Source: an uncultured virus (IMG/VR IMGVR_UViG_3300023174_009220) | Lineage: Duplodnaviria; Heunggongvirae; Uroviricota; Caudoviricetes | Length of the DNA: 64,000 nucleotides | Virus record (IMG/VR): IMGVR_UViG_3300023174_009220 | Strand: one strand, 5' to 3' | In this document: piece after piece, positions 51,598 through 60,786 of the stretch | Position numbering within the stretch: the stretch's first letter is position 1 | How the letters are laid out: each line of letters opens with the position of its first letter | Position numbers and translations under genes: made by a program | Notes under the pieces: model-generated | Seen by the model: the letters and a program-made list of their open reading frames with translations, nothing else | Told to the model about the DNA's origin: nothing | Databases searched by the model: none

Positions 51598-53742
51598 CTA
51601 CTGAATAACAGCTAATTTAACCACCACACCGTTTATACTCACTTCGACGTATTGATCTGAAGACATAGTGGCCGAACCACCAGTAGATTGAGTTGAACCT
51701 AACATCCAAAGTGCTAAATTAGTATTTGATAGAGTTCCACCACCAATCGATTGAGTTGATGTAGTTATTCTTGGAACTAAAACTGTTTCGATTTCAGTAT
51801 TTGTTAGAGTGAGGTTAGATCCTCCAATAATAACACTTCGGTTAGATGACGATTGTAAACAGTTACCCGATCCACCTATGATTGCTGAGTTTGCAGATTC
51901 GCTGATAGTTGAACCTTCACCACCCATAATAATCGATTTACCATTGTAGTTTTGATAAATTTTTGATGAAACTGAGTTAATTATAGCAGAACCAAAACCG
52001 GCTGAGAATTGAGCACTTCCATAAATATTACTAAAATATCCACCAACCACTGTGCTAAAAGAAGCTCCTTGAATACTATTGCATTTACCCCCAATAATTT
52101 GACTTTGAGAAGAACCCAAAATACAAGAATTATTTGCTGATAAAAAGACTCTAGTAGAGTCGATTATACAAGAACCTACAGCATTTTCAATAAACCCGTA
52201 ACATGAGTTATTTATTGGCCCATAAGATCCGATTATAGTGGAAGATTTCGAGTTATTCATTGATCCACCACCATTGATAATGGCCGTTCGATTTGAATTT
52301 GCAACATAACTAAAAAACGAATTTAAGACCAAAGTTTGGTCATTGTTACAATTACAAATGGAGTTGCAACTATTGATTATAGCAGATTGAGTTGATGATT
52401 GTATACAGGAATAAAAACTGTTTAGTATGGCATTTCTACTTCCTGTGTTAATGCAACTTCCGTATGAACTTAAAATAGAAGCAAAATTTGAATCATATAC
52501 TTTTGAACTATATGAATTAGAAATAAGTCCGTTAAATGAGTTTCTTATTTGATTATAGAAAGATCCCCCTAAAATTTGAGATCTAGTTGAATTAGACATT
52601 GATGCTCCAGCGGCTCCTAAGATTAGATTATCACACGAATATGCCCCACCACAAGCATAGATTAAATTACCATATCCTGAAATTATTGAATTTCTTGCCC
52701 CACCACAAGTTGCAAATCCAGGTTTAATTTGGTTTTGAACACCTCCAATAATAGTGGTGTCTTTAGACTTTTGAATTTGAGAACTAGTAGATGAAATAAT
52801 TGATGAGTTACAAGAAGTGTTAATTTGATTATTAAATCCACCAATAATTACTGATTCAACCCCTGCCAACTGACCAGGAGTTACTGGTGTAATGCTATTA
52901 CGGTCACCAGCAATAATAGCGCTGGAGTTAGTCGTGTCATAAGTTCCACCATAGAGACCTAAGATATTACATTGTCCACCAACAATAACACTATCACAAC
53001 TTTTGTAATTAGTGTTTTTAGAGCCTGATAAAATAGAGGAGTTTTGACCATCTATCATCATATTACAAGCCCCGCCACTTATTACTGAATTGTTTCTGCT
53101 ATATGACGTTACTACTTGATTACAATAACCACTAATAACAGATGAGTTCCAAGCCAAACAAACTTTGTTATTCTGACCAGAGATAATGGAGTTTTGACGA
53201 CCATCACATATTTGGTTATGATTTCCTGACAATATGGAATTGTTAAACATTTGACCATTGAATGGTGTTGTAATAGAGTTGCTTAAACCGGCTATGATTG
53301 CTGAGTTTTCATCGGTATTGATTGTGTTTAACTTACCTCCTAAATTAGTTGAATTTTTAGAGTTTATGATTTGATTACTCTCACCACCACATGAGTTTGA
53401 AAAAGTAGACCCAGTTACCAAATTAAGTGATTGTGTAAATCCAGTGCCAGCACCTGAAACTCCGGAAGTTCCAGAAGTTCCACTAACACCGGAAGTTCCA
53501 TTAATTCCGGAAGTTCCATTAATTCCGGAAGTTCCACTAGTCCCAGAAGTTCCATTAATTCCGGAAGTTCCACTAGTCCCGGAAGTTCCTGAACCAGTTC
53601 CACCACCAGATCCTATAATTGTAACATTACCATTTGAATCAACTTTACTGAAAGTTAGACCGTCAAATCCAATCATTTGATAACCACTTGGTGGATTTGC
53701 GCCAGTAAGACCACCTTCTTTAAATATTATCCTTTTTGCCAT
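51598..53742 (-). CDS. Putative tail fibre protein with G-T-S repeats and NSxIIGGxxN beta-roll repeats
   Basis: (GTS)n tract at ~53455-53592; many SAIIGG/NSSIISG repeats; TATATA upstream. Confidence 0.7.
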   Translation of the reverse strand: MAKRIIFKEGGLTGANPPSGYQMIGFDGLTFSKVDSNGNVTIIGSGGGTGSGTSGTSGTSGINGTSGTSGTSGINGTSGINGTSGVSGTSGTSGVSGAGTGFTQSLNLVTGSTFSNSCGGESNQIINSKNSTNLGGKLNTINTDENSAIIAGLSNSITTPFNGQMFNNSILSGNHNQICDGRQNSIISGQNNKVCLAWNSSVISGYCNQVVTSYSRNNSVISGGACNMMIDGQNSSILSGSKNTNYKSCDSVIVGGQCNILGLYGGTYDTTNSSAIIAGDRNSITPVTPGQLAGVESVIIGGFNNQINTSCNSSIISSTSSQIQKSKDTTIIGGVQNQIKPGFATCGGARNSIISGYGNLIYACGGAYSCDNLILGAAGASMSNSTRSQILGGSFYNQIRNSFNGLISNSYSSKVYDSNFASILSSYGSCINTGSRNAILNSFYSCIQSSTQSAIINSCNSICNCNNDQTLVLNSFFSYVANSNRTAIINGGGSMNNSKSSTIIGSYGPINNSCYGFIENAVGSCIIDSTRVFLSANNSCILGSSQSQIIGGKCNSIQGASFSTVVGGYFSNIYGSAQFSAGFGSAIINSVSSKIYQNYNGKSIIMGGEGSTISESANSAIIGGSGNCLQSSSNRSVIIGGSNLTLTNTEIETVLVPRITTSTQSIGGGTLSNTNLALWMLGSTQSTGGSATMSSDQYVEVSINGVVVKLAVIQ

Positions 53743-53795
53743 TAGAATTTTTAATTTTATCTATATATAAAAATTTAATATGGAGAAACTAAAAA

Positions 53796-54128
53796 TTACC
53801 TTAGTTGCCAATCACCAGTTTTGATTTCAGAAAATCCAACAATTGGTTTATTCCACTGATAAATCCAACATTCTAGATCAGTAGATGTTTTTATTCTAAC
53901 TCGGGTGTATTCATCTCCTTCATAACTATCCATAGAATCTAAATTCTTTTCATCAAACAGATAGATTTCACCCCAGACTTTACCCCTACCAGGCACATAA
54001 CCTGGATAAAAATCATCGACTTTATAAATTTTACCTTCTACCCAAGCACGACCACAAAATTTGGCATCCGGTCCCATTAGTTTTTTTCCCGAATCTCTAA
54101 ACTGACCATAAACAAATATCCAATCCAT
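53796..54128 (-). CDS. Gamma-glutamylcyclotransferase (AIG2-like) family protein
   Basis: IFVYGQ..YPG..VWGEIY..MDSYEG.EYTR..WIY. Confidence 0.85.
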   Translation of the reverse strand: MDWIFVYGQFRDSGKKLMGPDAKFCGRAWVEGKIYKVDDFYPGYVPGRGKVWGEIYLFDEKNLDSMDSYEGDEYTRVRIKTSTDLECWIYQWNKPIVGFSEIKTGDWQLR

Positions 54129-54158
54129 AAGTTATATATAAATATATTAGAGGGTAAA

Positions 54159-54653
54159 TTAGCCCTTTGAATAGCCGATATCAACCAACTTAAATGTTTT
54201 CCACTCGTTTTGGTCATGGCTATCGTTCCAGGCTTTGACTTCATTAATCTTATCTAAAAATTGACTAAAACTTCGAGCCGAAATAGGCCTTGTTTGTGTC
54301 ACGGTTTCACTTATTGGATTTATCCAACAGGCAATACTTATTATATTCCAACCCAAATCTGTCAAATACGAGTCAATCTCCACTAAATTTTCTATATAGA
54401 GGTGCAGAGAAATATTTGAAGATATCGGATTAAATTCATCTCCAATTAAAATTAAACACCTCTTTTTTGTTAGAGACAGATCATCGACTAAAGTAAAATC
54501 TTCTTCATGTCGTGGTATTGGAGTTGTGAATATATCAACACTTACTGGAATGTCTAAATCTGAGATATCAAATAATTGTGATTTAATAAACTGCTTCAGC
54601 TCATCATCACTTTGCCAATTTTCAAACAATAAAAATGATTTAATATTTTTCAC
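54159..54653 (-). CDS. Hypothetical protein with CTS-like N-terminus
   Basis: GTG start MKNIKSFLLFEN; TATATA upstream. Confidence 0.7.
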   Translation of the reverse strand: MKNIKSFLLFENWQSDDELKQFIKSQLFDISDLDIPVSVDIFTTPIPRHEEDFTLVDDLSLTKKRCLILIGDEFNPISSNISLHLYIENLVEIDSYLTDLGWNIISIACWINPISETVTQTRPISARSFSQFLDKINEVKAWNDSHDQNEWKTFKLVDIGYSKG

Positions 54654-54695
54654 TTACTTATATATCAAAAGTCTAATTTAGATATATAACACTAT

Positions 54696-55349
54696 ATGTG
54701 GAGTTTTTTAATTATAGTAATAAATATTATATTTCTTGAAATAATTTTAAGTATAGATAATGCTGCTGTGCTATCCACTATGGTTAATGAATTACCTAAA
54801 AATCAACATAAAAAGGCACTAACTTGGGGAATCTTGGGAGCTTACCTCTTTAGAGGAGTGGCTCTATTTTTTACTTCAATTTTAGTCTCACTTTGGTGGT
54901 TAAAACTACTTGGTGGTCTTTACTTAATTTACCTTTTTATTTCATCTTTTTCCAATACAGAGCAAGATAAGTCAGCTAGCACATTTAAGATACCCTTTTT
55001 AAACAAGTTTTGGTCAACAGTGGTTATGATTGAACTAATTGATATTGTTTTTAGCATCGATAACATATTTTCCGCAGTTGCTTTCACTGATAACTTTTGG
55101 ACTATTTGTTTTGGAGTCTTTATTGGAATTTTAGCTATCCGGTTTGCCACCACTAAACTCTTAGGCCTTCTTCATAAAATACGGGGTTTAGAAAAGATGG
55201 CCTTCTTAGTTATTGGTATATTGGGAATTAAACTATCACTTTCTGTCTTTATACCCCAATTGCAAAATGAGTGGGTAGATTTGGTCTTTTCTCTCTTAAC
55301 TCTTGTGTTATTTTCTATTCCTGTAATGCTCTCAAGGGCTAAAAAATAG
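54696..55349 (+). CDS. terC: TerC/Alx family membrane protein
   Basis: LEIILSIDNAAVL, GILGAYLFRG, DIVFSIDNIFSAVA. Confidence 0.9.
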   Translation: MWSFLIIVINIIFLEIILSIDNAAVLSTMVNELPKNQHKKALTWGILGAYLFRGVALFFTSILVSLWWLKLLGGLYLIYLFISSFSNTEQDKSASTFKIPFLNKFWSTVVMIELIDIVFSIDNIFSAVAFTDNFWTICFGVFIGILAIRFATTKLLGLLHKIRGLEKMAFLVIGILGIKLSLSVFIPQLQNEWVDLVFSLLTLVLFSIPVMLSRAKK

Positions 55350-55416
55350 TTTCCCTCTTTTAATATATAGTTAGAAGTGTTTTAGAAAAAAAACACCTTC
55401 ACAAAAAACAACCTGG

Positions 55417-55728
55417 ATGAAAGAAATTAGTGACAGTAACTTTGACCAAGTTATCAAACAATCAACTGGGTTAATCATTATTGACTTTTGGGCCAAGTGG
55501 TGTGTTCCGTGTCAAGTAGTTCAAAAGTCGTTAGCAGAAGCCACCGTACTTTTTACCAATTTAGAAGTTTGGACTATGAGTGTAGACACTAACCCCATCA
55601 CTGTAGAAAAATTTCAAATTCGAACAATTCCCCATATTTTGTTCTATAAAGGTGGAGTCTTAATAGAGGGGGTTTCTAAAAACATTTCAAAAAAGTATTT
55701 ATTTCAAAAAATTGGCGAATTAATTTAA
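55417..55728 (+). CDS. Thioredoxin
   Basis: IDFWAKWCVPC ... IRTIP. Confidence 0.85.
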   Translation: MKEISDSNFDQVIKQSTGLIIIDFWAKWCVPCQVVQKSLAEATVLFTNLEVWTMSVDTNPITVEKFQIRTIPHILFYKGGVLIEGVSKNISKKYLFQKIGELI

Positions 55729-55777
55729 GGATTTTATTGACTGGAGGCGTTACTTTTTTTAAGTTTTTTCGTCTATA

Positions 55778-56602
55778 ATGTATATGAAATCTATAAAAAT
55801 TACCCAAAAAATTACTGAAAGAAATTGCCAATCTATCGATAAGTATTTTAAGGAAGTATCAGATATTTCACTTATTTCAAAATTAGATGAAGAAAGATTA
55901 TTTGAAAGAATCAAATCAGGTGATATGCAAGCCAGAAATGAGTTAATCTCGGCTAATTTAAGATTTGTAATTTCTATTTCAAAGCAATATCTCGGTCGTG
56001 GTTTAAGCCTTGAAGATCTGATATCAGAAGGAAATATCGGCTTAGTTAAAGCCTGTGATAAATTTCAACCAGAAAGAGGCCTTAAATTCATTACCTATGC
56101 TGTGTGGTGGATTCGACAATCAATCTTAGAAGCCATTTCACAAACCGGAAGAGACATTAGATTACCACATAACGTCAATAACTTATTAAACCAGATTAGA
56201 AGTTGTGAAGATAAGTTGACAGGTCAGTTATCAAGAACTCCCCATTTATCTGAAGTGGCCGATGAAATGGGAATCGACATCTCAAAGTTAGAGTCTATTT
56301 TGGTCTTAAAATGGGGTTCAAAATCCTTAGATGTTTCGCTTTCAGACGATGGTGACTTTTCACTAATCGATACCTTACAGTCAGAAGACGAATTTGATAT
56401 GGGTTTTGATTTAGACCATAACAAACAACAAATAGCGTCACTTTTTTTCAAACTAAGCGATAAAGAAAGGTTTGTTATTACGCGTCTATTTGGATTAGGA
56501 GTTGAAGCCGCCTCTACAACAGAAGTGGCAATGGAGTTAAATCTAAGTGGAGAAAGAGTTCGACAGATTAAAAATTCGGCTCTTAAAAAGATGAGGGGCT
56601 AG
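55778..56602 (+). CDS. RNA polymerase sigma-70 factor, Bacteroidetes primary-sigma-like
   Basis: SIKITQKITER..SIDKY; ANLRFVISISKQY; DLISEGNIGL; KFITYAVWWIRQSI; region 4 LSGERVRQI. Confidence 0.93.
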   Translation: MYMKSIKITQKITERNCQSIDKYFKEVSDISLISKLDEERLFERIKSGDMQARNELISANLRFVISISKQYLGRGLSLEDLISEGNIGLVKACDKFQPERGLKFITYAVWWIRQSILEAISQTGRDIRLPHNVNNLLNQIRSCEDKLTGQLSRTPHLSEVADEMGIDISKLESILVLKWGSKSLDVSLSDDGDFSLIDTLQSEDEFDMGFDLDHNKQQIASLFFKLSDKERFVITRLFGLGVEAASTTEVAMELNLSGERVRQIKNSALKKMRG

Positions 56603-56722
56603 TTTACTATCCCAATTTTTTGGATTCCTGTTCAAAAATAGATCTTCTTAAATTGTTACCGCATTTCTTTATTAATTTTATTAAAAAAATCAAAAAAGAT
56701 TTGGCACAATAAAACTAAATAA

Positions 56723-56743
56723 TTATCTTTGTTTAAGTTATTT
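56723..56743 (+). promoter_or_regulatory. TATCTTTG promoter within a 21-bp sequence duplicated at 57914-57934
   Basis: TTATCTTTGTTTAAGTTATTT occurs at both sites, each upstream of tRNA-like sequences. Confidence 0.7.
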
Positions 56744-56765
56744 GAGTGGTGAGAGTTAATTATTT

Positions 56766-56800
56766 GGTCCCATCGTCTATCGGTTAGGACGCCAGGTTTT
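56766..56800 (+). pseudogene. 5' half of a tRNA-Glu gene truncated in the anticodon loop
   Basis: GGTCCCA-TC-GTCT-ATCGGTT-AGGAC-G-CCAGG-TTTT followed by unrelated sequence. Confidence 0.7.
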
Positions 56801-56829
56801 AAGCTAAGCTCGTGTCTAACCTCATTTAC

Positions 56830-56901
56830 GGCCCGGTCTTCTAATGGCTAGGAAATCCGGTTTTCATCCGGGCAATCGGAGTTCGATTCTCCGTCGGGCT
56901 A
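56830..56901 (+). tRNA. tRNA-Glu (TTC)
   Basis: Acceptor GGCCCGG/TCGGGCT; anticodon arm TCCGG-TT-TTC-AT-CCGGG; T-loop GTTCGATTC; CCA not encoded. Confidence 0.9.
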
Positions 56902-57804
56902 CTAACCTAATCCTTTGTGATAGGCTTTTATCCACTTTCTAATTGTATTTTCAGATACATTATAAAGTTTTCCAGTTTTAGGAAACCCCATTTGTTTAGT
57001 TTGTTCTAATAAAACTGGTAATGGGGGTCTTTCTACTTTTCTTTGTTTAAATTTAGATTGAATTTCTAACTCTGTAAAACCAAATTCATTTCTTTCTTTT
57101 TTTTGGTATTTTTTTGGTTTAACGACTAAACCAATTCTGTGATTATTAATCTTTGGTTTGTCCTTCAATATTAATAATATTTGTTTGAATACCTCATCGA
57201 TGTTGGTTTTTATCTCTTTTTCTGAGACTCTAATAACTAACCAACCTAAGTCATTTAATAGTTTATCTTTTTTATCATCTCTTTCTTTTCTTTCGGGTAA
57301 TAAGTGTTGTGACCCATCAATCTCAACCGCAACCGTTTCATTTACAAAAGCAAAATCAATAAAATATGGAAAAACAGAATATTCCCTAACTATTGAATAT
57401 TTTTTATCTAAACTATTTTTTTCAATATATTCAATACACAATTTTTCAGGGTAAGAAACATTGGATAATCTCCAAGCGGTTTTTTCTGGATTATTTTTCA
57501 TAAACTCCAACCTTTTTTCTCGCATTATTTTTTTACTTTCTTCGGTGTGTTTGTAGTTTTCGGGATATTTTTTATGTGCTAATTTAATAGCTTCGGAAGA
57601 AGACCTAACTTTATTTCCCAATATGTCTTTTATATCTTCGGATTGGATTTTAAATTTTTTTCTTAAATCTTTAACACTATAAGATTCATCAACATATAAT
57701 CTAACAATCTCATCTTTAATTACAGACAACTTTTCGCATTTTTTAATGTGTTGTTTTAGATTAACTTTATCTAAATTGCGACCACAAATTTTACATTCAA
57801 ACAT
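56902..57804 (-). CDS. Vsr/DUF559-type (PD-(D/E)xK) endonuclease with Zn-finger, NUMOD3-like and HTH motifs; homing-endonuclease-like
   Basis: CKICG..H, KHTEESKKIM, YFIDFAF..AVEIDGSQH..RDDKKDKLL..GWLVIRV, VSENTIRKW; start placed at MFECK after TATATA. Confidence 0.8.
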   Translation of the reverse strand: MFECKICGRNLDKVNLKQHIKKCEKLSVIKDEIVRLYVDESYSVKDLRKKFKIQSEDIKDILGNKVRSSSEAIKLAHKKYPENYKHTEESKKIMREKRLEFMKNNPEKTAWRLSNVSYPEKLCIEYIEKNSLDKKYSIVREYSVFPYFIDFAFVNETVAVEIDGSQHLLPERKERDDKKDKLLNDLGWLVIRVSEKEIKTNIDEVFKQILLILKDKPKINNHRIGLVVKPKKYQKKERNEFGFTELEIQSKFKQRKVERPPLPVLLEQTKQMGFPKTGKLYNVSENTIRKWIKAYHKGLG

Positions 57805-57950
57805 AATACCTACTTTATATATAAATATCACGAACCCACAAAAAAATCATACAAACTAACCTTAAATTGTAAATTTTTTTTGTAAAAAAATTTGATAGTA
57901 TAAAAGGTTCTACTTATCTTTGTTTAAGTTATTTAAGAAATAAATTATAT

Positions 57951-58069
57951 AGTCAGCTGGCGGAATTGGTAACGCACAAGTATAATGCTTGGTGTTGTGG
58001 TATGAAAAAATTTGAAGATTTAGAATTTGAAATATCCTGGGAAGCGGGGTTCGATTCTCCGTCGGGCTA
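57951..58069 (+). pseudogene. Chimeric pseudo-tRNA: Leu-like 5' fragment, AT-rich spacer, Glu 3' half
   Basis: AGTCAGCTGGCGGAATTGGTAACGC, then ATCCTGG-GAAG-CGGGGTTCGATTCTCCG-TCGGGCTA at 58034-58069. Confidence 0.6.
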
Positions 58070-58083
58070 CAAAAAATAACAAA

Positions 58084-58157
58084 GGACCGGTAGTTCAGTT
58101 GGTTAGAATACCTGCCTGTCACGCAGGGGGTCGCGGGTTCGAGTCCCGTCCAGTCCG
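58084..58157 (+). tRNA. tRNA-Asp (GTC)
   Basis: GGACCGG/CCAGTCC acceptor (one C-A mismatch); CCTGC-CT-GTC-AC-GCAGG; GGTTCGAGTCC. Confidence 0.92.
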
Positions 58158-58187
58158 CAAAAAAAAAGACAATTTTTTTGAAAATTG

Positions 58188-58219
58188 TTTGGTAGAGATA
58201 AAAAAAAGAGTTATCTTTG
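58188..58219 (+). promoter_or_regulatory. Bacteroidetes-type promoter upstream of the large RNA
   Basis: TTTG at 58188-58191; TATCTTTG at 58212-58219. Confidence 0.7.
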
Positions 58220-58224
58220 TTAAA

Positions 58225-59133
58225 CAAAATCAAAAAAGTGAATATAAAAAGAGAGTTGCAAACGAGCAACCTCATAAATTGAAATATTGTTCTTTAGCAG
58301 TTAGCTTCGGCTGGCTGTGAAAAGAGGGGCGGCTTATAGTCCCTAAAATAAACCGTGAAAGCGGGATAAAGTGAACACAATTGCTAAATGTGTTTGCGTC
58401 TCATACCCCTCGGGGTGTGAGGTCGAGTAAGCAAGTGGGACACCACAACTCCTTATTAGTCGAGGGTAACACTGTAGATGAAATGGATTTGTGACCGGGC
58501 AATTGTAGATTGTCTGGTTGACTTTGGAAGAAGAATAGGATTAACCCATAGGATTGTTGCAAGAAGTAGTGACTCACCGGTCTTTATCATTGCGGAATCC
58601 AACTCAAAAGGTGTCTTAAAGTCGAAAGGCAATCAGATGTACAGGTGGTGCTGTTATTTGACACTCTTCTCTCTACCAGGAGAGTCGTAGTGAAGAGATC
58701 TTAAAGAGTTGTGATGGAGGCATCACACCGAGTTGTTCAGTATTGCTGGAGTCAAAAGCTTTGGGAACTGAGAGGTGACCACAACTTGGAAAAATCTACA
58801 AGCACTAAATTTCTAACTATTATTAAATACTAAGAAATCAAAAGTGTTACCTAGTTACTGATGAAAGATACCTACTTAGTCGTGAGCGTTCACGGCCACT
58901 GAAGCCCGAAAAGCTGATGTGATTTCATCGAAAAACTTATAGAGGGTCGAACCTCAAATCAGCTCGCAAGGTTGAGTAAGCAGAGTAAATGGAGAGTAAT
59001 TAGTAACTTAAGTGGTGGTTGGTCTAACCAACCGGTATTGACAGAATACTTCTCAAAAGGAAGTGGATAAGAAGGGAAACCATAATCTGACCAAAGTTCT
59101 GTTGTCAAAGGTGTAATCTCAGCCTTTTTTTTT
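58225..59133 (+). ncRNA. Large (~900 nt) ornate structured ncRNA, GOLLD-like candidate
   Basis: No credible ORF; elevated GC; many UUCG/GNRA hairpins; long-range helices; adjacent to tRNAs; ends in a hairpin plus T9. Confidence 0.7.
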
Positions 59134-59149
59134 ATAAACCAAATTCAAT

Positions 59150-59257
59150 GGCTCGTTGGTCTGGGGTCTCTTAAAAGAGAAACTAAAACGAAAGTAGAAG
59201 TTTAAGACGGTCAACACACTTGTTGAGAAAAAAGATGTTCGAATCTCTTACGGGCTA
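59150..59257 (+). ncRNA. tRNA-like RNA with an expanded, structured D-loop
   Basis: Acceptor GGCTCGT/ACGGGCT, D-stem GTCT/AGAC enclosing two hairpins, TCAACA/TGTTGA arm, GTTCGAATC T-loop. Confidence 0.55.
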
Positions 59258-59263
59258 TTCAAA

Positions 59264-59291
59264 AAAAACCCATCAACTTTGATGGGTTTTT
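59264..59291. terminator. Bidirectional intrinsic terminator
   Basis: AAAAACCCATCAA-CT-TTGATGGGTTTTT. Confidence 0.85.
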
Positions 59292-59301
59292 CTTTTTTAT
59301 A

Positions 59302-60717
59302 TCATTCAAAACTTAAACCCCAGTTGTGGTAAACATCTTGCATAGTAGCAATTGCCTCCTTGTTTTTGATATCACCATGACCATTATCTTGAAAAAGAAA
59401 TTTACATAATACCTCCTGTGAATAGTTACCATCTTGATCAACTAAGGTCCAGTGGTTAAAAGTAATGCCTCTATAAGCTCTACCCCAGTGAAATATATCA
59501 TATGAGTCATAAGCCCAATCTTGGCAACTATCATTTCCCATGAGTGTCCAAACCCTTCTATCATTGATTATTTCTACCCCTTCGTTCTTTCTCTTTGTCT
59601 TATACCACATATAATAAGAAGGTGTTTTAGGAAGACAATTTTTAGTATCTTGTTCCCAACCGCTGTAATATCCAGATAAAATATCGCTAACACAATCAGT
59701 AAATGATGTACCACTTTTTAGATTTGTATTATTTTCTATCTCAAACTTACTATCTCCGGAAATACCCATCCAACGAGTTCCTTCCCATTGTCTTGAATCT
59801 CTAAGTTCTTGGTCCGTTGACCACGGATAATCCTTAAACTGTTCAAACCAACCAAAGATTCTTTGTTTATCAGAGTGGTCCCCTTTTTCGGTATATTCAT
59901 ATGGTCCTTCAATATCTGCTTTAAGACTATCAGGAATTTCGGGAAATTGAGAACTTCCCTTCCACTTATCCCAAGTAGAATGGTCTCTGACTTTATAAAA
60001 GGCAACAGTCCAACCCTTAACGAAATTAGAGACTCCGTCGCCAGGAAACCCCCTATGAACCCTGATTTTCCACCTTACAGGAAGTAATATTTGAGCGGAT
60101 TCATATTTAGAACATAAGCTCAATTTATGTCTGATAGTGATATAATCAGAAGAAGCTGGTTTTGGAAAATAATCTGTTGTATCGGCAAAATCAGCCAGCT
60201 TTACTTTTCCCTTAAACTGGGGATATTTATTTCCGTCACAATCCATCTCAATTAACCAGTTTGATTGCATATCATCTAACCACTTGCCTAGTTGTAATTG
60301 AACGCCAAAACAAACTTCTTCTAAGGCATCTCTAAGGTCATTTGATGCTTGTAGTATTTTATTCCAAACATCAGTAGATTTATCACTAGTTAGAGTTGTT
60401 ATAATTCCACTTATGATTTTGCAGGTGATAGTGGTGATAATTGCAGCTGCTGTGCCACTGGGAAAAATTACTCCTAAACCCTCAATGATTTTTGAAACAA
60501 ACATTCCAATAACCGAAGGAGTTGGGTCTTTGAAAGTTTTAGAGTTTACATTATCTTGCACAATAGTTATTGCATATCTTGCATCGTCTCTAAAATCGTC
60601 TATAAATTTTGATATAGTGATGAGGTTTTCTTGAACAATATTTAAGGTGGGGTCTTGATAAACTCTTTGACCTTGGCTATTTAGTGTCCAGTTCCAAGTT
60701 TGGGGCTGGTATGACAT
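59302..60717 (-). CDS. Hypothetical protein (N-terminal helical/hydrophobic region, Trp-rich C-terminal half)
   Basis: 471-aa ORF with TATATA upstream. Confidence 0.75.
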   Translation of the reverse strand: MSYQPQTWNWTLNSQGQRVYQDPTLNIVQENLITISKFIDDFRDDARYAITIVQDNVNSKTFKDPTPSVIGMFVSKIIEGLGVIFPSGTAAAIITTITCKIISGIITTLTSDKSTDVWNKILQASNDLRDALEEVCFGVQLQLGKWLDDMQSNWLIEMDCDGNKYPQFKGKVKLADFADTTDYFPKPASSDYITIRHKLSLCSKYESAQILLPVRWKIRVHRGFPGDGVSNFVKGWTVAFYKVRDHSTWDKWKGSSQFPEIPDSLKADIEGPYEYTEKGDHSDKQRIFGWFEQFKDYPWSTDQELRDSRQWEGTRWMGISGDSKFEIENNTNLKSGTSFTDCVSDILSGYYSGWEQDTKNCLPKTPSYYMWYKTKRKNEGVEIINDRRVWTLMGNDSCQDWAYDSYDIFHWGRAYRGITFNHWTLVDQDGNYSQEVLCKFLFQDNGHGDIKNKEAIATMQDVYHNWGLSFE

Positions 60718-60786
60718 CGGGTTAAATTTTATTTTTATATATAAAAAACCCGTTTTTTTGTAAAAAAATTTCGGTATTTCAAAAAA

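Larger units (their letters stand above)
56881..58070. mobile_element. Endonuclease cassette bounded by 22-bp direct repeats of the tRNA-Glu 3' end
   Basis: GTTCGATTCTCCGTCGGGCTAC at 56881-56902 and 58049-58070. Confidence 0.55.

Noticed and set aside
53415..53680. Alternative-frame ORFs with (LVELPE)n / (PEVPL)n repeats
   Set aside because: Frame and antisense shadows of the Gly-Thr-Ser repeat in the 51598..53742 gene
56801..58033. Group I intron in the tRNA-Glu anticodon
   Set aside because: No recognisable P/Q/R/S core; the insert contains a full tRNA and a promoter; joining the halves does not restore TTC and leaves an acceptor mismatch
57910..58690. ORFs 57910..58275(-), 58027..58320(+) and 58478..58690(+)
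   Set aside because: They overlap tRNA-Asp, the pseudo-tRNA and the large structured RNA; shadow ORFs
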